Shown piece after piece: positions 1-12,200 of a stretch of 64,000 bases of DNA (positions are counted from its first letter, which is position 1; the number at the start of each line of letters is the position of its first letter). Source of the DNA: Phoronis australis (taxonomy: Eukaryota > Animalia > Phoronida); the NCBI GenBank assembly GCA_002633005.1, contig NMRA01000354.1:391298-455297 (forward strand), read 5' to 3'. The translations under genes were made by a program, and so were the position numbers. The notes below the pieces were generated by a model. The model had not been told where the DNA came from, did no database searches, and saw only the letters and a list, made by a program, of their open reading frames with translations.

Positions 1-202
1 AGAATTTGGTTTTGACAGATTTCATCACGACTAGGGCACGGCTTATAGCAGCTTTAAAATGTCTGCTTTCACACACCACTCCATATTTAATGGCAACATT
101 TGTGTGTGAGGCTGAGTCTGAGGTAGAAATCTCAATGAAACATGTCTTTAATCTTCAGTTTGTCTGTTGACATTGTTGAGGCAGTGTGAAGCCCTGGGCA
201 AT

Positions 203-562
203 TTAAAGGTGCATTTCGCCCCATTTAGTTGGCCAAAAACGAAAAAATTAAATTAGTCCTATTACTCTCATAAAATCGGTGTCAAAACATTCCTCACTGT
301 GACTGGATTCCATTTCTGTTACCAACTCAAGTCCTAGGCATTGTGTATATGCACCATTTTCAAATCACAATTTTTGGGGTAGCCAAACATCGATAAATTC
401 TTGAAACATTTTTTTTTGCATTGCTTATGGTTTCAATGTTTTTGTTGGTAATGGAAATATTATCCCATCACGGTAAGGTACATCATGATCCCAGTTTTAT
501 AAGCGTAGAAGTTCTAATTCTTTTTGTTTTTTCTTTAGTCGGCTAATGCTTAATGCAGCTTC
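203..562. mobile_element. Degenerate foldback/MITE with long imperfect TIRs; related fragments near 3274-3560, 50385-50700 and 60345-60465
   Basis: The left arm aaaggtgcat...ttagttggccaaaaacgaaaaaattaaattag...cataaaatcgg resembles the reverse complement of 440-562. Confidence 0.5.
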
Positions 563-1019
563 ATTAGCAATGTCAATGTTTGTGACGCAGAAATTTTGCT
601 ACATTTGTACGGCCAAAACTTCCTAGCTTAATTTTCCAAAAAGACACCAGAACAAATTGCTGGTGTGGTATTTTTTTAGTTGCTCAATTTTTCCATATGG
701 AAAAAATCCACCTGAGACGAGTAAAAGTAATGCAGGATTTTTTGCTCATCGCTTGACAAATCATTGCATTTCAAACCTTGCTTGTGTGCCTTGCTGCACG
801 AGACCTTGGCTGAAATTGATGCGAGCAGGCGTTTTTTTATTTTTTGTAAATCTCAAATGAGTTGGGGTATAGACTGTGCCAACTAATGCTTTTTATCAAA
901 TAACATTTGGATGCATTTGTAAAGTAAGAAAATGTGTGAATTTTCAGTTATGCTATGAAAGACATTTCTATGTGGTTTCACTTCTTACGAAGGTGTTGTA
1001 ACATTACGTTAACTTTCAG

Positions 1020-2421
1020 ACATTGATGAGGACAGTGTTAGGAAGCACTTCAAACAATGTGGCCCGGTAGAAAATGTACGAATTGTGCGCGACGCTGCCA
1101 CTGGCATTGGAAAAGGTTTTGGATATGTGCTGTTTCAGGTAACCCTGTCTTCAAGTTTATCTCCAACGGCTTATATCTATATGTTCTACAGCTGTTAGTA
1201 TGCTTCAAGTAAGCAGTATGTGTAGCAAATACTGAAATGTGGGATTAGACCTCCATGTTAGATGTTTACTTTAACGCTAAGTAAAACTATTCAGGAGTGG
1301 ATTATAAAAGAACGTGTATAGTTGAGTTACATAACTCCATTTTCCAAAACGTCTGTTTGAAATCTTCTAATTTGTTTTAAGGGTTCAGGTTACTAGACCC
1401 ACACTCAGTTAGAAAGAGAATTCAAGTAACTGTCCGCACTATCGGTATGTTCAACATAATTCCCTTTAAACAGGAATCTGATGCAGTGTCCCTTGCCCTG
1501 AAGCTCAATGGACGCCAACTAAACTCGCGTACACTACGTGTGACCAGAGCTGTCAAAAAAGAAAAGAAACCAAAACAGAATGTATCCTTCTTTAACCGGT
1601 GATCATATATGAGGAAACTTACGTTTTCCAGAGTTTGGTGTTGTGTAGTGGTTTGTGTTGAGGCCTGATGCAATTATAACAGGCATGGATTCGAATCCTG
1701 TGGCAGACGATCAATTTTGCATTGGTCTTCTTGCTTGGTCTTAATGTAAGAACGACGTTAGTGCATGAAAGGTAGGGAATGTCTATCAGTAATGAATAAA
1801 GCAATTGTTATACAATTTAATGGCAGTGACTATTTGCCTACCTTCTGTCTAATAAACAGCCATTTTGTTCAAACCAAGTATGTTGGGCATGTACCGTCTC
1901 AAGTAGTTCCTTTGATTTTAAGATTGTCATTTCTGGACTTGGTAAGTACTGGCACTTAATGGTCGAGACGAGGCTCAATAAAATAGTTGAAATTGGTGAA
2001 TCATTTAATGCACCGAGCTTGGCCTCATGTACTGGCATACTGTCCTTTCCAGGCCCATAAGTCACTTCTGACTTGAGTAAGGAACAAGCTGAAACCAGTT
2101 TTTGAGAGGGTATTGGTGGAAATCACTTTTGACAGCAGGTGGTTATATAGCAACATGAATTGTGTTTGGGTAAGGTTGACGCCAGTGGTTTAGAAGTATG
2201 AACGATATATTTACTACAGTATCATTGTACGTATATTGTATTGCATGTTCATTCACCAGCCCTTAACTTGATAACAGTACGGAGCTGGTGATTCATCTAA
2301 AGGCGGCCACTCAAAGCAGAAAAGTAATTCAAGAGGTGCTAAGTTTGCTGGTGCAAAGAGCAACAACGTCACCAGTGCTCTCCGACGGTTGAGCCGTAAA
2401 GGAAAGGGAGAGAAAAAATGA
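1020..2421 (+). CDS. RBM34: RNA-binding motif protein 34 (RRM2 and C-terminus; 5' part lies upstream of the window). Exons 1020-1138, 1474-1581, 2278-2421
   Basis: The spliced translation DIDEDSVRKHFKQCGPVENVRIVRDAATGIGKGFGYVLFQ|ESDAVSLALKLNGRQLNSRTLRVTRAVKKEKKPKQN|YGAG...KGEKK* matches the RBM34/Nop12 second RRM (RNP1 KGFGYVLF). Splice phases are consistent. Stop at 2419-2421; AATAAA at 3086-3091. Confidence 0.9.
1582..2277 (+). other. U12-type (minor spliceosome) GT-AG intron, last intron of RBM34
   Basis: 5' splice site GTATCCTTC; branch site CCTTAAC at 2261-2267, about 11 nt before CAG; no polypyrimidine tract; splicing keeps the frame open to the stop. Confidence 0.85.
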
Positions 2422-5145
2422 CGACTATGCCAAGTTCTTCCATTTACAGCATCATGATTGCTTTTTAAAATGCAGTTTTATTAGATTTTCAACTTGATAA
2501 TTATATGTATGGTGTCTATTGTCTGTGGAATTACCATGTGTAAATGGCTGTGGAAAACGTCAGTTTACTGGTTTTGTCAAGACAACTTACTCTGAGAACA
2601 GAATGTATTTCTGATTGAAATTCAAGTGAAAAACCAGTGTTTGACATTTGATTTGTTGCCTTTCTTGATTTTCATCACAACAATAAGCAGCAGACTGTAA
2701 ATAGTTATTTGACTGTACGGCATTGAGTTTCTTAAGCCATATGATTACCGGGTATGTTATTCATTTAGTCTCAGCTGTAACAAAAATTTTGGTCTCCGAG
2801 ATAAACCACCAAACAATGCACCTGGTGGATTTTAACTAGTCAGTTTTAAAAACGTTTTAGGCTAAATTCCTTAATACATCAAAATTTAATTTTTGTCACT
2901 GTTTTCCTGCACAGCATTTGGCTCAGGTGAATGTTTGCATCATGGCTTCTCCTTTCTGAGAAATGTTTAAGTGGTTCAAAAGTGTAAAGATCATATTAAG
3001 GCACACCTGTCACTCATCCTGGTGAGTAATAATTAGAGCTTGTATTCACTTGCCTTTGGTTAATCAAGTGTGATGTTGTCAGGCCAATAAAAACACCGAA
3101 GAAAAATTGGTTGTCATTTGTATATTAGCGAGATTAGAAGTGATTACCATGCTTTGAAGAGACAAATTGTGATCAACCTGAACTTGAAAAGATGTCACTT
3201 CATGTGCTGAAAGTGATGTCCAACTGACACGCAGCCTGAATAGGAGATATTACCTGGTGCTCAGCAATGTTCAAAGCTGCATATTGCTGCTTTGCAGACT
3301 AAAACACAAATTTAAAAATGAATTGGGCCCCCTACTCTAAAATCGGTCTCATATTCCTCACGATAGTAAGGTTCCGTTTCAGTTACGAATTCATCACAAT
3401 CCACACACGTGCCATTTCTGAATTTTCAGTGTGTGCTGAACACATATTAAAGCGCTTTTGGGGTCGTTTATCGTGTCCATGTTCTTGTTAGCGACAGAAA
3501 TAGAATCTTATCCTAGAATGGATCATTACGAGACAAACTTTATGAAGTTTTAACATTTAAAATGTCCGGGTGACTTGCGCTGTTTGCAAAAGTGACAAAT
3601 GCTTCTATAATGCAACAAAGACAACCTAGACTGAAATATGTTTGTGTTAAAGAAAAACAACTCCATTAAAATTATGTTGTTTATTATGAATAAATAAAGA
3701 GCAGAATATGGGAGATGATACAAGACTGTATTGGTCAGTAACATTCCTAGTACTAGAACCCGATTTGTAAAACCAGATGCAAAAGTAAAAAAAAGACACA
3801 GGCAAACCAGAGGATCACTGGCATACGGGCAATGCAACACTTGGTGAGAAAATCCCTGTGTCAGTATGGTGCAGTAAATCACACTTTGTTTATTCCACTA
3901 GTTTCAATGTGGTTGAGCGGGTGTAATTGCAATATATTCAGGGTTTCATCAAACCACACTAATTTTCCATTTAGTTCATAGTATACACCTTTGTGATATA
4001 AAAGTCTTGACAATCTTCAGCATTTTGGCAATAGTTAATAGTAAGCTGCTATGTCACTGCCTTCTGTCAAAAATTATAATTCAGACAACTAGCTGATACG
4101 AAATTGATCTCAGCTGTTACAGTGATTTCTGGGTTTGGGAAATAGTGACAGTTACTGTTTAGTCTATGTTCGGGGCATGAAATGACTTGCCTCATCAAAC
4201 CATCATATTGTGCCTGAGCTGAGTTCCATAGACTGCAAGACCTTAGCTTGCACTTGGGGGGAATCTTAACTTGCGTAATGGAAACACTGAATTCAATTCC
4301 AAATTCAACACTCCAACCTCACTCTTCCCAAGCCTAGGAACGCTGAAAAACTACATTTTACTACAATAACTGGTCTAAAGTACGAAACTGAAGGTGTATG
4401 CACTACAGCCTCAATTTTCAGGATCACAGGGACTAACACAAGTCATATAAGACTATTTGGGATTTTATTGCAAGAGCAAAAGACAAGCTCTTGTACGGAT
4501 GAAAGCTTAATTACAATTTAGGATTTATATCACATCATAGGATCCATAGGTCAGCTCTTGTAACAGGGACGGAAAGTCTGACGTCACTGCACTGGGGCTA
4601 CTTTGATTACATCAACTGGAGTTCTAACTCTTGCCACTTCTTTATGGGAAATCACATTTGGTGAAATGTAGTAACTAGACAATCACCGCCTAAAGTCTGT
4701 TTTAGTAAATATGTGGTTGATATACAAGGTTCACAGATGCTGAGTTTCTGATTTAAAATTATTTTTCTTATAAAATTGGGTGGGTTTGAATAAATGTATT
4801 TGTGTAAATTAATAAGGCACCACCATATTGTCCACCTTCCGTTTGAAGTAGTTGCTAGGGATGACATAATCACTTTCCGCCCCTATTACTATCCCTAGTC
4901 TACTCTCACTTCACTGTGGAAATTGACATTGGAAGCTGTCTTTGTTTCACAGTAGTACAGCATGACTAATATTTGACCTAAATAACGACGTAGTTGCATT
5001 TGTCAAGTTCACAGATTCACCATACAGGTCACACAATATCAAAATGTCTTGACTATGTACAGATGTTCGATATCAAAAGCAAAAATACTACATTTTGTAT
5101 TTGATAGAAGAAGTATAGCACAACTGATGAACAACTCAAAAGCAC

Positions 5146-5177
5146 ATAATAATAATGGTAATAATAATAATAATAAT
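5146..5177. repeat. (TAA)n microsatellite in the probable ARID4 3' UTR
   Basis: taataataatggtaataataataataataata. Confidence 0.85.
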
Positions 5178-6282
5178 ACAGCCTCCATTGATAAAATCTG
5201 AAGAATAAAAATCTGCCAACTCCATGACAGGGCACTGTCGCACATCTCCACATAACATCATTTTATTTATAACGGTGACAAATTATACAATTGAAGCCAC
5301 ACACAACAGTACAGTAATTGGAAAAAGTCGAAAATGCATTAAACTGAAACAAATTCAATTTTAAGTGGCAAACGAAGCCGCAAAAGCAATTGATGAACTC
5401 CACCAGGTATATAATGCAATTATGCATACCTCGGAACACTAACCAATCGCACCGAAAGGTCTCAAAAATGGCTTCCAAATCACCAAATCAAAGTTTTAAA
5501 GATGCTGTTGTATGTGGCTTTAAGATTACAGCTATATTTTGTTCAAGTAATTAGATTGATACGATTCTATTACAAATCTGCAACACTACTCGGTATTACG
5601 CACAGTATTTCTGTAATTTAGGCACTGTTGCTAAGTCCATTGGTTTTCCCCGAGACCAAAAATTTCTTCCAGAGTACAGCTTTCCTTGGCACACCAATAC
5701 TTTGGCCCATATCTCCTGATTGGCTGACAGCACAAAAAATCCTTTCTGGCAATTTTTTCAACCAATCACGTGCAGAAACTCCAGGAGTGCCCCTTGTGGC
5801 CAATACACAAGGGGCACTATGAATACATAATGGCCTAACACTTTTTGCCTGTGCTGTAGCATTTGGTAATCTGCTACCAGATGGAGCTGTAGCGTAGTGC
5901 ACAATAGTAAAATTAGAAAACAATGACTGCAGTCGGATTGTACACTCACATTTACAACAATTTGAGAAAATAATCGTGAAATGCAATTCGTCTGACAGAA
6001 ATATAAAGATTCACAACCCTTGAAACTGACATAGAATTATACTTGGACCCTAACTAGGGATAAAAATATTCTGATAGAGGCCATAGCTCTAAGCTAATAT
6101 AATCCAAGTTCAACAGTAGTTAGTAGTAACGGGAACAATTCACAGGACATCCTTGACACATCACATTTAAGTAATAAATAGGACTAAAAATGAAATTGTA
6201 CGAGTTTACCAAACGTTGGTATAGTTTATAAAACTTGACCAAATTTGACTCTGACCTACACTGACTGAAGTGTGACCCAGGA

Positions 6283-9200
6283 CTACGTGCTTTCAACCTC
6301 CACAGATGGCGACTGATTGGCTGCAAGAAACGAATAGATTTTGGTCTACAATATTTCCCAAAGAAGTGACAAATGCAACAGTGAATGCGACTGATACAAA
6401 CTTTCCGAGCACAGCATGACTATTCTTCATCAAAACACAAGGACATACAATACTAGGATTTCTAAAGCAACTGCATTCCTGGTCAACCATGTACTGAAAG
6501 AACTGAAGTATCAGAATTAAATTCTCACTTTAAATAAATAGCAGGACACACATTTCCCTTGAAGGTTAAACAACTGCTGTGTAATTTATGCAGAATTGCC
6601 AATAATGCCTAACAAGAGAGAACTTACCCATTTCACTAGGACAAAACAAAACAAAACAAAAAAATTTGAAACAATTCTGTAAAATCATTATTACCTCGTT
6701 CTTCTCTTTCTTTCCTCTTGGCCCGTTTTCTTCGCCTGTCAATAGACGCTACTTCAGACTTGAGTTGCATGTATATTTTTCGAATATCCTGTATCCGATC
6801 TTGCAGGATGGTGATTCGTTTTTCTCCCTCCAAATCCTCAAAATCTGCAGTGCAAAGGTCAGAACTCAGATGCTGGAGAAGTTCATTTCGATCTAACAGA
6901 AATGAAGCCTGTTATATGACTGTGAAAAAATACACAAGACAGAAGACAAACATGTGTGGCTATAAAATTCATGCCTTCACAATGATTGAAAATTTAAACA
7001 GACCATCAAGTTATACAGTAAAAAAATATAGACGAATCATACCTAGGTTGCTGCAGAAGTCGTACTTGGAGGGGCGAGGGGTGCGCTCAGAGTGGTGGCG
7101 CTTGGTGGGAGACACACGGGCACTTGATGCACACGAGCTGCCCAAAGTGCTGCCGTGATTGGAAGCATCGTCACTATCACTGGCTGCAAAAGGATAGCGA
7201 TGATAACAAAAACTGCAAACAATGCTTGTTTAGTCAACACAGAAAGACACTGAAATGAGGCGACTGACTGAATTTCATTGAGCTTGAACAATCATTGTAA
7301 TTTAACCATCCTCATTAAAAAATTGGTGCAAAGATTGTTCAGCTTTAAATGGATTTGAGCATTTGTGGTAATTTTTTTCAAGATAACTATGAATTTGAGC
7401 CATTTTTCATCAGAATGGTTTGCTCTACAAATGACAATATGACACAAGTTCACTTGTTATGCCTCAGAGAAAAACTTCAATTAATGTGACAGTATTTACC
7501 ATGTGATTTACTTGGAGTATTCTTCGACTTCCCGCTCCTTTTGTGACCCTTCTTCTTCTTCTTTGGAGGGGGTTCTGTAACCTCTTCCTGAACTTTGGTC
7601 GACTGCGTGTCACCGTTGCTGTCTTCACTTGGAGCATTACCACTACTGCCCCCGCTGCCATTAGACAATGTGCTGACATCATTGGGGGAATCTCCACCAC
7701 TGGCTGGCAGCCCGGTCTTGTCATCCAGAAAGACTCCTTCCTCTATGGCTGCATGCTCTTGTTCATTGCCACACAGCTCATCAATTTGCTCAGCTGGTTC
7801 TGGAGACCCTTCAGGGGTTGTCGGTGGTGTATTGTCCACAATACTAGTGGTCGCTATCTGATCCTGTGCCTTTACCGGACTATTTTCAGCGTCATCGTTA
7901 ACCTCCATAGGTTCATCAGGTGCATTACTAGTGGATGGTTGACTAGTGGACACATCTTTTTCCTTGTCCTGCTCATCGTTCTCTTTTGGCGCTTCCTCAA
8001 GTTTGTCTTCAACCATTTCGGAAGTTTCAACGCTTTCTTCAGGAGTCTTTTCCCTCTTCACACTGACCTTGACAATTGTACTGTCATTCTCTTTTCCCTT
8101 CTTAGTGTCAGACTCTTCTCGAGCTCTTGAGCGACTTGGCTTACCGCTTTCCTTGTCAGAAGAAACATCCTCCTCTTTTTTCTTCCGCCCTGCTTTCTTC
8201 TTATTTCCTTTCTTTTTCTCTGCATCTTCTTCCTTGCTGCCCTCATTGTCCCTTTCAGCCACATCCTCCACCACAACTCTGTCACCACTAAGATCATCTT
8301 CCTTATCAGCAGACTTGGCCACCTCATCTATAGCTGCCTGTAGCTTGTCTTCCACAGTTTTCACCTCTTCTTCCTCTTTAACTTTGCTTGGAGTCGACTC
8401 TCTATCAGTTGAAATGCGTCGCCTCTTTGATGAAACAAAAGAATCGCTTCTCCTGACAATTCTACCTTTCTCCTCACTGTCACTCTCCCTCTTCTGTTTG
8501 TCTTCTTCAGTAACCTTCTCGACCTGTTTCTTCCCTTTCGTCTTTCCTTCATCTTTTATTGTCTTAGCCTCCACCTTATCCACCATCTTCCTCTTTCTCC
8601 TCCCATCTTCCTTCTTCTCCACATCACAACTCTGGGATTTTTGTTCTTGTGCCACTTTTTCACTTTCAAGAGTCACAGCCACGTCTCTTTCTTCGATCTT
8701 TTCATCAGATCCAATATTTATCTGCAAAGTTTAGAAAGAACATAGCCTTACACCACAGAATTTTCAACTGAAAACTTGAGCTTTGAAACTTATCAAATCA
8801 AGACAGAGTATATGGCAATCGCTGAGGAAGCTTGGATGGAATCACCCATAACAAATTGAACCATTCCTTCAAGTATACTTACAGGCACCATGGAATCTTC
8901 CAATGTTTTAAGATGGCTATTATTCAAATCTTACGTGACAAGGAGGGACAGTACAAACTTACGGTCAACTTTAGATGTAAGATGTTCAAAGCTTAAAGAG
9001 ACATGGAACGCGAAAGCTTGTCAAAAAAATCTTTTGAGCAATTCCTGAAAACAGCACCATCTCGCAACGTCTAGTACAGAGTAATTCACTTTCCCCTGTG
9101 AGGAAATTTCAAGAAAAAATCACAAAATTCACAATTTTTGAAATAAGCACAAAGGAAAAACTCTGGTTACAACACAGTTTCTAATCTCCCTTCCTCTTAT

Positions 9201-12200
9201 GATAAATGACCGCATGGGCTCACAGTTGGTTGCTTGAAGTCGCTTGAGGTCAAAGGTAACATTTTCCATATAAGGGGCTTTTGTGCTACGTCTATGTCTT
9301 GCCATACCTAATAAAGAGACGTGCTTTGCCTTGTGGGTGAAAAATCGGCAAAGTGGCGAGAAGTTGACAGATCGTTTTTTTGAAGTTTGAAACTAAAAAA
9401 AATGTTTTGATATCATCAGAAATTAAAATCGTTACAGACAAACCCTAATAATACCAGATGAGTAGGCTGTATTCTGTTTCAGTGGCAGAGAACCGCTTTC
9501 AATATTGCAATTTAATCTGTTTATTGCGTTCCAGGCCTCTTTAACACTAAATGTGAAAGTAATATAATATATACGACTTGTGTCTACAAATCAGCAATAC
9601 AAAAAGAAAGGATTTGCAAGCGAGTGAACGGAGCTTCAAAAGTGATGTGGAGAGAGATATAATCAGATCCAAACTTGGACATAAGTCTCACCTCAGGCAT
9701 ATCTTGGTCGGTATCCTCCTTGGGTTCTATATCTTCAACTTTACTGGCCAGCAGTTTGGGAGGTTCTAGGGATGTGTCTGAGTAGGGTTGAGTCTCCTCT
9801 ACATGCACAGATTCTTCATCAGAGTGATCACTGTCTTCACTATCAGAAACTGAAAGGACAGGAGACCAGACTGGCTACATGTCACAAGTTAAACTAAGTC
9901 CAGCCATTGTATAGCTTTGTACTCTACCATTTCTGTCACACATCTTTAACTACAAGTCGTTTATTTCCCTTACATGTACTTTAAATTTTATGGACTATGT
10001 TGCGTTGCGTGTTGCATTGCGTGTGTCTAAGTATTCTATTAGGGTAGTATTGATACAGTTAAAGAACTAAATCCTTTTCACTAATACCACATTCAACTCA
10101 AAGATTGTACTTGTAATACTTTACATAGCATGTGTCAACCGTAAAGATCTTTCATACTTGTCTATTAAATCAAAACAGAGATCAACCACACCTCAGCAGA
10201 TGAGATATATGCCTAAATCAGTCTCTCGACTGAACTCCCAAAACAACAATGATAATTGGTAATAAAAAGGCTTAATTCATGCAAACAATGAGCAAAGTCA
10301 ACAAAACTCCGAACGGAATTTTATGTTTAAATTTAGTAATTATTGAAGCCCATTTCTTACCATGAGATGCTAAGTCTGAAGATTCTGTGAAACCTGATGA
10401 CCTATGACTCCTTCTTCGCACTCTTACTACAAGTACATAAAGTAAATCATAAAAAAATTACAGCGCAATGAATACAATACAAAATTCAATCTCGTGACTA
10501 CAACCTTAAAGATGAAAGAGAGATAACTCCTTAAAGCCTTACTTCATCGGAATTTTGTTACTTTAGATGTATTGGGCTCACCAGATAGTCCTAGCAAAGC
10601 CTTAGTAAAATAAGAAAACACGAGTTCAATCGCGCAAATGTAAGCCTGTCAAATGATAAGTGAAGCTGCCTTTTCGTGCCATGTTGCGTCACCACAAGAT
10701 CCCAGCACAAACAACAAAAAGTTGTAATGAATAGGGGTCTGAATAGAACACCATTGCGTACACATATTATTCACAGCTGTTTGAATTAAAAGGTGATTCT
10801 CGCGGTGACGTAGACAAAAGCAAGCCAATACGCCTAACAGTTCGTTACATTTGGCAATTTGTGGCACTAGTGGGGTCTGAGCGATGCTCTTCACATACTG
10901 TAGGAACCAAATTTACAGGAGTTACCGGTGCAGATGGGCTTTAAAGATGAAAGAGAGATAACTCCTTAAAAAGATCACATAACAACAGTATTTTCAAACA
11001 ATATGGCCAGAAATCGTTAACCAGTACTCAAAACACTACTCAAACTTTGACTCAAAATAAAATTCTGCTAATTTTAAAAGTTGATTTGAAGCAAGCCACA
11101 AGATAGGTCAATCTGAGACCCAAATCTTGAGGAAAGTTTGGAGGTATCAGGCCAAGGTCAAATCTAGACATCTCTGAAAAAAAATGTGGCCCCCTGCAAT
11201 ACAGATACTAGATCATTTGCTTTCCCTTATTATACAGCCAAACGTTTCAGACAAACAACAATACCTGGCAGAGAAGTTGAAAGTTTAATGTCCACACTAT
11301 TGGATCGAGTTGGCCTGGGTCTTGCGACAGATGTGGCTGGTTTGGATTTATGGATGGCTGGTTCAGAGGCAGTGGACTTGGGAGATGATGCATTGTGGGA
11401 AATGGATCTCTCCACCATGGCCACACGGCCTCGCCTTTTCTCCGTAGTTTTGGTCTGGAAAGTGAAACGAGCAGTTCTGATGCCAATCGTACAGACGGAG
11501 ACAATTTGAGGGTAGGAGAAATGTTCCCCATCTACACATATGCCGAAGCAATATTACAGACTTTAGATGCTTTACAGTTTCTTTTGTTGAATTAGTTCAG
11601 TGCCTGCAAAATAGCCTCTGCGTTAAGATTGTTGAGAAGTATTATAAGTATGCGTTTGTCCAACAGTTATTGATTACATCAAAAATATTACGAGTACAAA
11701 CTTGAAAGGTGAACAAATGGGCAGAAAGATGGAGGTGACACTACCCTACACCAGGATTATAGACCCAATAAATACAAACTTAAAATGCATGATTTAACTT
11801 TACAGCACTTGAAAAATGGCATAACAACTCTTAGAAGGGTTAGGCACTAAAAAAATGGAGCTAATTTTAATAGAAAATATTGGCGTTTAGCAATACAAAC
11901 TGACATTAATGTGTTTCTTTTGATGACTGACAACAGAAGCAAGAAAGCATTAAGTTTAACTAGACTTTTCCCAACCTTTTAAAAAGAAACCCTCAACCTA
12001 CCACTGTGTTGTCCTCCTCTTTCATTTTTTCTTTCGGTGACTCCTTGTCTTTCAGCGTGTCTTTATCTTTTACCGAGTCTTTATCTTTTACCACGTTATT
12101 GTCCTTTGGCAAGTCTTTGTCTTTAGGTGGATCTTTTTCTTTTGATTTCTCCTTATTACTCTTGCTATTCTCAATTTTCCACTCGCGTTTCCGCTTGACA

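Noticed and set aside
7755-7790. LxCxE Rb-binding motif in ARID4 (DELCGNE)
   Set aside because: The spacing does not match L-x-C-x-E.
7543-8734. Long + strand ORFs (195 and 262 aa) and similar Ser/Leu/Phe-rich ORFs at 16490, 20029 and 47977
   Set aside because: These are antisense shadows of Lys/Glu-rich ARID4 and Claspin exons.
10544-10590. Possible extra ARID4 exon (tag|GACTATCTG...gtaagg)
   Set aside because: It contains an in-frame TGA, lies inside a transposon remnant, and the gene is in frame without it.
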